Made by a program: the position numbers and the translations under genes. Shown piece after piece: positions 59,180 to 64,000 of a stretch of DNA of 64,000 bases. Location: assembly GCA_964016885.1 (NCBI GenBank), contig OZ024740.1, forward strand, positions 2,356,001 to 2,420,000. Direction: 5' to 3'. This DNA comes from Eledone cirrhosa (lineage: Eukaryota). Positions within the stretch are counted from its first letter, which is position 1, and every line of letters begins with the position of its first letter. The notes below the pieces were generated by a model. It made no database searches. It was not told where the DNA came from and saw only the letters and a list, made by a program, of their open reading frames with translations.

Positions 59180-62100
59180 GTATCCAGTCCACACTGTAAA
59201 GTGGTCATGTAGGTGTCACAATAAAAAGTACCCAGTCCTCACTATAAAGTGGTCATGAAGTTGTCACAATAAAAAGTACCCAGTCCACACTATAAAGTGG
59301 TCATGAAGGTGACACAATAAAATTACCCAGTCCACACTGTAAAGTGGTCATGTAGGTGTCACAATAAAAAGTACCTGGTCCTCACTGTAAAGTGGTCATG
59401 TAGGTGTCACAATAAAAAGTACCCAGCCCACACTGTAAAGTGGTCATGTAGGTGTCACAATAACAAGTACCCAGTCCACACTGTAAAGTGGTCATGTAGG
59501 TGTCACAATAACAAGTACCCAGTCCACACTGTAAAGTGGTCATGTAGGTGTCACAATAAAAAGTACCCAGTCCTCACTATAAAGTGGTCATGAAGGTGTC
59601 ACAATAAAAAGTACCCAGTCCACACTATAAAGTGGTCATGTAGGTGTCACAATAAAATTACCCAGTCCACACTGTAAAGTGGTCATGTAGGTGTCACAAT
59701 AAAAAGTACCCAGTCCTCACTATAAAGTGGTCATGAAGGTGTCACAATAAAAAGTACCCAGTCCACTCTATAAAGTGGTCATGAAGGTGACACAATAAAA
59801 TTACCCAGTCCACACTGTAAAGTGGTCATGTAGGTGTCACAATAAAAAGTACCTGGTCCTCACTATAAAGTGGTCATGTAGGTGTCACAATAAAAAGTAC
59901 CCAGTCCACACTGTAAAGTGGTCATGTAGGTGTCACAATAACAATTTTTCAGTCCACACGGTAAAGTGATCATGTAGGTGTCACAATAAAAAGTATCCAG
60001 TCCTCACTGTAAAGTAGTCATGTAGGTGTCACAATAAAAAGTACCTGGTCCACACTATAAAGTGGTCATGTAGGTGTCACAATAAAAAGTATCCAGTCCA
60101 CACTATAAAGTGGTCATGAAGGTGTCACAATAAAAAGTACCCAGTCCACACTATAAAGTGGTCATGTAGGTGTCACAATAACAAGTACCCAGTCCACACT
60201 GTAAAGTGGTGATGTAGGTGTCACAATAAATAGTACCCAGCCCACACTGTAAAGTGGTCATGTAGGTGTCACAATAACAAGTACCCAGTCCACACTGTAA
60301 AGTGGTCATGTAGGTGTCACAATAACAAGTACCCAGTCCACACTGTAAAGTGGTCATGTAGGTGTCACAATAAAAAGTACCCAGCCCACACTATAAAGTG
60401 GTCATGTAGGTGTCACAATAAAAAGTATCCAGTCCACACTGTAAAGTGGTCATGTAGGTGTCACAATAAAAAGTATCCAGCCCACACTATAAAGTGGTCA
60501 TGTAGGTGTCACAATAAAAAGTACCCAGTCCACACTGTAAAGTGGTCATGTAGGTGTCACAATAAAAAGTATCCAGTCCACACTGTAAAGTGGTCATGTA
60601 GGTGTCACAATAAAAAGTACCTGGTCCTCACTATAAAGTGGTCATGTAGGTGTCACAAAAAAAAGTACCTGGTCCTCACTATAAAGTTGTCATGTAGGTG
60701 TCACAATAAAAAGTATCCAGCCCACACTATAAAGTGGTCATGTAGGTGTCACAATAAAAAGAACCCAGTCCACACTGTAAAGTGGTCATGTAGGTGTCAC
60801 GATAAAAAGTATCCAGTCCACACTGTAAAGTGGTCATGTAGGTGTCACAATAAAAAGTATCCAGTCCACACTGTAAAGTGGTCATGTAGGTGTCACAATA
60901 AAAAGTACCCAGTCCACACTGTAAAGTGGTCATGTAGGTGTCACAATATAAAGTACCCAGTCCTCACTATAAAGTGGTCATGAAGGTGTCACAATAAAAA
61001 GTACCCAGTCCACACTATAAAGTGGTCATGAAGGTGACACAATAAAATTACCCAGTCCACACTGTAAAGTGGTCATGTAGGTGTCACAATAAAAAGTACC
61101 TGGTCCTCACTATAAAGTGGTCATGTAGGTGTCACAATAAAAAGTACCCAGTCCACACTGTAAAGTGGTCATGTAGGTGTCACAATAACAATTTTTCAGT
61201 CCACACGGTAAAGTGATCATGTAGGTGTCACAATAAAAAGTATCCAGTCCTCACTGTAAAGTAGTCATGTAGGTGTCACAATAAAAAGTACCTGGTCCAC
61301 ACTATAAAGTGGTCATGTAGGTGTCACAATAAAAAGTATCCAGTCCACACTATAAAGTGGTCATGTAGGTGTCACAATAAAAAGTACCCAGCCCACACTG
61401 TAAAGTGGTCATGTAGGTGTCACAATAACAAGTACCCAGTCCACACTGTAAAGTGGTCATGTAGGTGTCACAATAAAAAGTACACAGCCCACACTATAAA
61501 GTGGTCATGTAGGTGTCACAATAACAAGTACCCAGCCCACACTATAAAGTGGTCATGTAGGTGTCACAATAACAAGTACCCAGTCCACACTGTAAAGTGG
61601 TCATGTAGGTGTCACAATAAAAAGTACCCAGCCCACACTCTAAAGTGGTCATGTAGGTGTCACAATAAAAAGTATCCAGCCCACACTGTAAAGTGGTCAT
61701 GAATGTGTCACAATAAAAAGTATCCAGCCCACACTATAAAGTGGTCATGTAGGTGTCACAATAAAAATACCCAGCCCACACTATAAATTGGACATGTATG
61801 TGTCACAATAAAAAGTATCCAGCCCACACTATAAAGTGGTCATGTAGGTGTCACAATAAAAAGTACCCAGTCCACACTGTAAAGTGGTCATGTAGGTGTC
61901 ACAATAAAAAGTACCCAGTCCTCACTATAAAGTGGTCATGAAGTTGTCACAATAAAAAGTACCCAGTCCACACTATAAAGTGGTCATGAAGGTGACACAA
62001 TAAAATTACCCAGTCCACACTGTAAAGTGGTCATGTAGGTGTCACAATAAAAAATACCTGGTCCTCACTGTAAAGTGGTCATGTAGGTGTCACAATAAAA

Positions 62101-63920
62101 AGTACCCAGCCCACACTGTAAAGTGGTCATGTAGGTGTCACAATAACAAGTACCCAGTCCACACTGTAAAGTGGTCATGTAGGTGTCACAATAACAAGTA
62201 CCCAGTCCACACTGTAAAGTGGTCATGTAGGTGTCACAATAAAAAGTACCCAGTCCTCACTATAAAGTGGTCATGAAGGTGTCACAATAAAAAGTACCCA
62301 GTCCACACTATAAAGTGGTCATGTAGGTGTCACAATAAAATTACCCAGTCCACACTGTAAAGTGGTCATGTAGGTGTCACAATAAAAAGTACCCAGTCCT
62401 CACTATAAAGTGGTCATGAAGGTGTCACAATAAAAAGTACCCAGTCCACTCTATAAAGTGGTCATGAAGGTGACACAATAAAATTACCCAGTCCACACTG
62501 TAAAGTGGTCATGTAGGTGTCACAATAAAAAGTACCTGGTCCTCACTATAAAGTGGTCATGTAGGTGTCACAATAAAAAGTACCCAGTCCACACTGTAAA
62601 GTGGTCATGTAGGTGTCACAACAACAATTTTTCAGTCCACACGGTAAAGTGATCATGTAGGTGTCACAATAAAAAGTATCCAGTCCTCACTGTAAAGTAG
62701 TCATGTAGGTGTCACAATAAAAAGTACCTGGTCCACACTATAAAGTGGTCATGTAGGTGTCACAATAAAAAGTATCCAGTCCACACTATAAAGTGGTCAT
62801 GAAGGTGTCACAATAAAAAGTACCCAGTCCACACTATAAAGTGGTCATGTAGGTGTCACAATAACAAGTACCCAGTCCACACTGTAAAGTGGTGATGTAG
62901 GTGTCACAATAAATAGTACCCAGCCCACACTGTAAAGTGGTCATGTAGGTGTCACAATAACAAGTACCCAGTCCACACTGTAAAGTGGTCATGTAGGTGT
63001 CACAATAACAAGTACCCAGTCCACACTGTAAAGTGGTCATGTAGGTGTCACAATAAAAAGTACCCAGCCCACACTATAAAGTGGTCATGTAGGTGTCACA
63101 ATAAAAAGTATCCAGTCCACACTGTAAAGTGGTCATGTAGGTGTCACAATAAAAAGTATCCAGCCCACACTATAAAGTGGTCATGTAGGTGTCACAATAA
63201 AAAGTACCCAGTCCACACTGTAAAGTGGTCATGTAGGTGTCACAATAAAAAGTATCCAGTCCACACTGTAAAGTGGTCATGTAGGTGTCACAATAAAAAG
63301 TACCTGGTCCTCACTATAAAGTGGTCATGTAGGTGTCACAAAAAAAAGTACCTGGTCCTCACTATAAAGTGGTCATGTAGGTGTCACAATAAAAAGTATC
63401 CAGCCCACACTATAAAGTGGTCATGTCGGTGTCACAATAAAAAGAACCCAGTCCACACTGTGAAGTGGTCATGTAGGTGTCACGATAAAAAGTATCCAGT
63501 CCACACTGTAAAGTGGTCATGTAGGTGTCACAATAAAAAGTATCCAGTCCACACTGTAAAGTGGTCATGTAGGTGTCACAATAAAAAGTACCCAGTCCAC
63601 ACTGTAAAGTGGTCATGTAGGTGTCACAATAAAAAGTACCCAGTCCTCACTATAAAGTGGTCATGAAGGTGTCACAATAAAAAGTACCCAGTCCACACTA
63701 TAAAGTGGTCATGAAGGTGACACAATAAAATTACCCAGTCCACACTGTAAAGTGGTCATGTAGGTGTCACAATAAAAAGTACCTGGTCCTCACTATAAAG
63801 TGGTCATGTAGGTGTCACAATAAAAAGTACCCAGTCCACACTGTAAAGTGGTCATGTAGGTGTCACAATAACAATTTTTCAGTCCACACGGTAAAGTGAT
63901 CATGTAGGTGTCACAATAAA
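59180..63920. repeat. Duplication with 2683-bp (56 monomer) offset
   Basis: ORF pairs 60151/62834 and 60727/63410 and the marker GAAGTTGTC (59257/61940) are offset by 2683 = 56x48-5. Confidence 0.9.
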
Positions 63921-64000
63921 AAGTACCCAGCCCACACTGTAAAGTGGTCATGTAGGTGTCACAATAACAAGTACCCAGTCCACACTGTAAAGTGGTCATG

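Larger units (their letters stand above)
1..64000. repeat. 48-bp tandem satellite array, ~1,330 head-to-tail monomers, running off both window ends
   Basis: AAAGTGGTCATGTAGGTGTCACAATAA recurs every 48 bp (1, 49, 97, ..., 241, 481) and is still present at the window end. The phase shifts only at occasional 47-, 49- or 50-bp monomers. All ORFs in the track are 16-aa repeats of the same unit. Confidence 0.99.
33500..64000. repeat. Right satellite sub-domain (variant family B)
   Basis: Variants seen only here: GAAGGTGACACAATAAAATTA (first ~33881, last ~63717), TTTTCAGTCCACACGGTAAAGTGATCATG (~34279 to ~63905), GAAGGTTCAC (47-bp monomer), AAAGTGTGGTC (50-bp monomer). Confidence 0.85.

Noticed and set aside
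83-63666. Plus-strand ORFs (WSCRCHNKKYPVHTVK repeats, up to 275 aa) as real zinc-finger or metallothionein-like genes
   Set aside because: They arise because 48 is divisible by 3. Starts and stops come from sporadic monomer variants, there is no unique N- or C-terminal domain, and nonsense and frameshift variants are freely amplified.
5873-63920. A single fixed higher-order repeat spanning the window
   Set aside because: Offsets vary from 44 to 76 monomers and block contents differ between the left and right domains.
333-63999. Minus-strand ORFs (MTTLQCGLDTFYCDTY repeats)
   Set aside because: They mark runs of consecutive CTGT-type monomers, and each ends at the next CTAT monomer (TAG). This is a repeat artefact.
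1-64000. CRISPR array (a constant ~33-bp part alternating with a variable ~15-bp part)
   Set aside because: The variable part is not a unique spacer. It is the same sequence with a few two-state sites, it is too short, and no cas genes or leader are present.
1-64000. AATAAA polyadenylation signals and TATAAA TATA-like boxes
   Set aside because: They are intrinsic to the monomer and present in hundreds of copies with no associated gene, so no specific regulatory role can be supported.
1-64000. Embedded transposon, unique island, tRNA/rRNA unit or inverted segment
   Set aside because: None was seen on reading through. Every line conforms to the same monomer in the same orientation, and the most divergent monomer type (ACAATTTTTCAGTCCACACGGT, e.g. 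~42961) is still clearly the satellite.
1-64000. Telomeric repeat array or plasmid iteron/origin
   Set aside because: There is no short G-rich telomere unit such as TTAGGG, and the 48-bp unit with heritable multi-kb variant blocks does not fit telomerase-templated synthesis. No rep gene is present and the copy number far exceeds iteron arrays.
1-64000. Pure sequencing artefact (rolling-circle concatemer of one 48-mer with random errors)
   Set aside because: Rare variants and indels recur in the same order in blocks kilobases apart and show nested sharing, which random error would not produce. Local mis-assembly of copy number remains possible.

Overview
The whole 64 kb window is one uninterrupted, head-to-tail tandem satellite array. 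It holds about 1,330 copies (64000/48) of a 48-bp monomer, consensus AAAGTGGTCATGTAGGTGTCACAATAAAAAGTAYCCAGYCCACACTRT (about 42% GC, no CpG). By eye I found no unique sequence, inserted element, strand inversion, RNA gene, CRISPR array or credible protein-coding gene. All listed ORFs are explained by the monomer length being a multiple of 3. The information lies in the order of monomer variants. These reveal (i) two sub-domains with different diagnostic variants and a boundary near 33.1-33.5 kb, (ii) irregular higher-order duplications of about 44-76 monomers (2.1-3.6 kb), (iii) small 5-13 monomer duplications, and (iv) long-range block re-use at offsets of about 9-28 kb. It most resembles eukaryotic heterochromatic satellite DNA, but the organism and chromosomal location cannot be determined from the sequence. 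I cannot support a claim of a new gene-based system here. All coordinates of sub-blocks were read by eye and are approximate.
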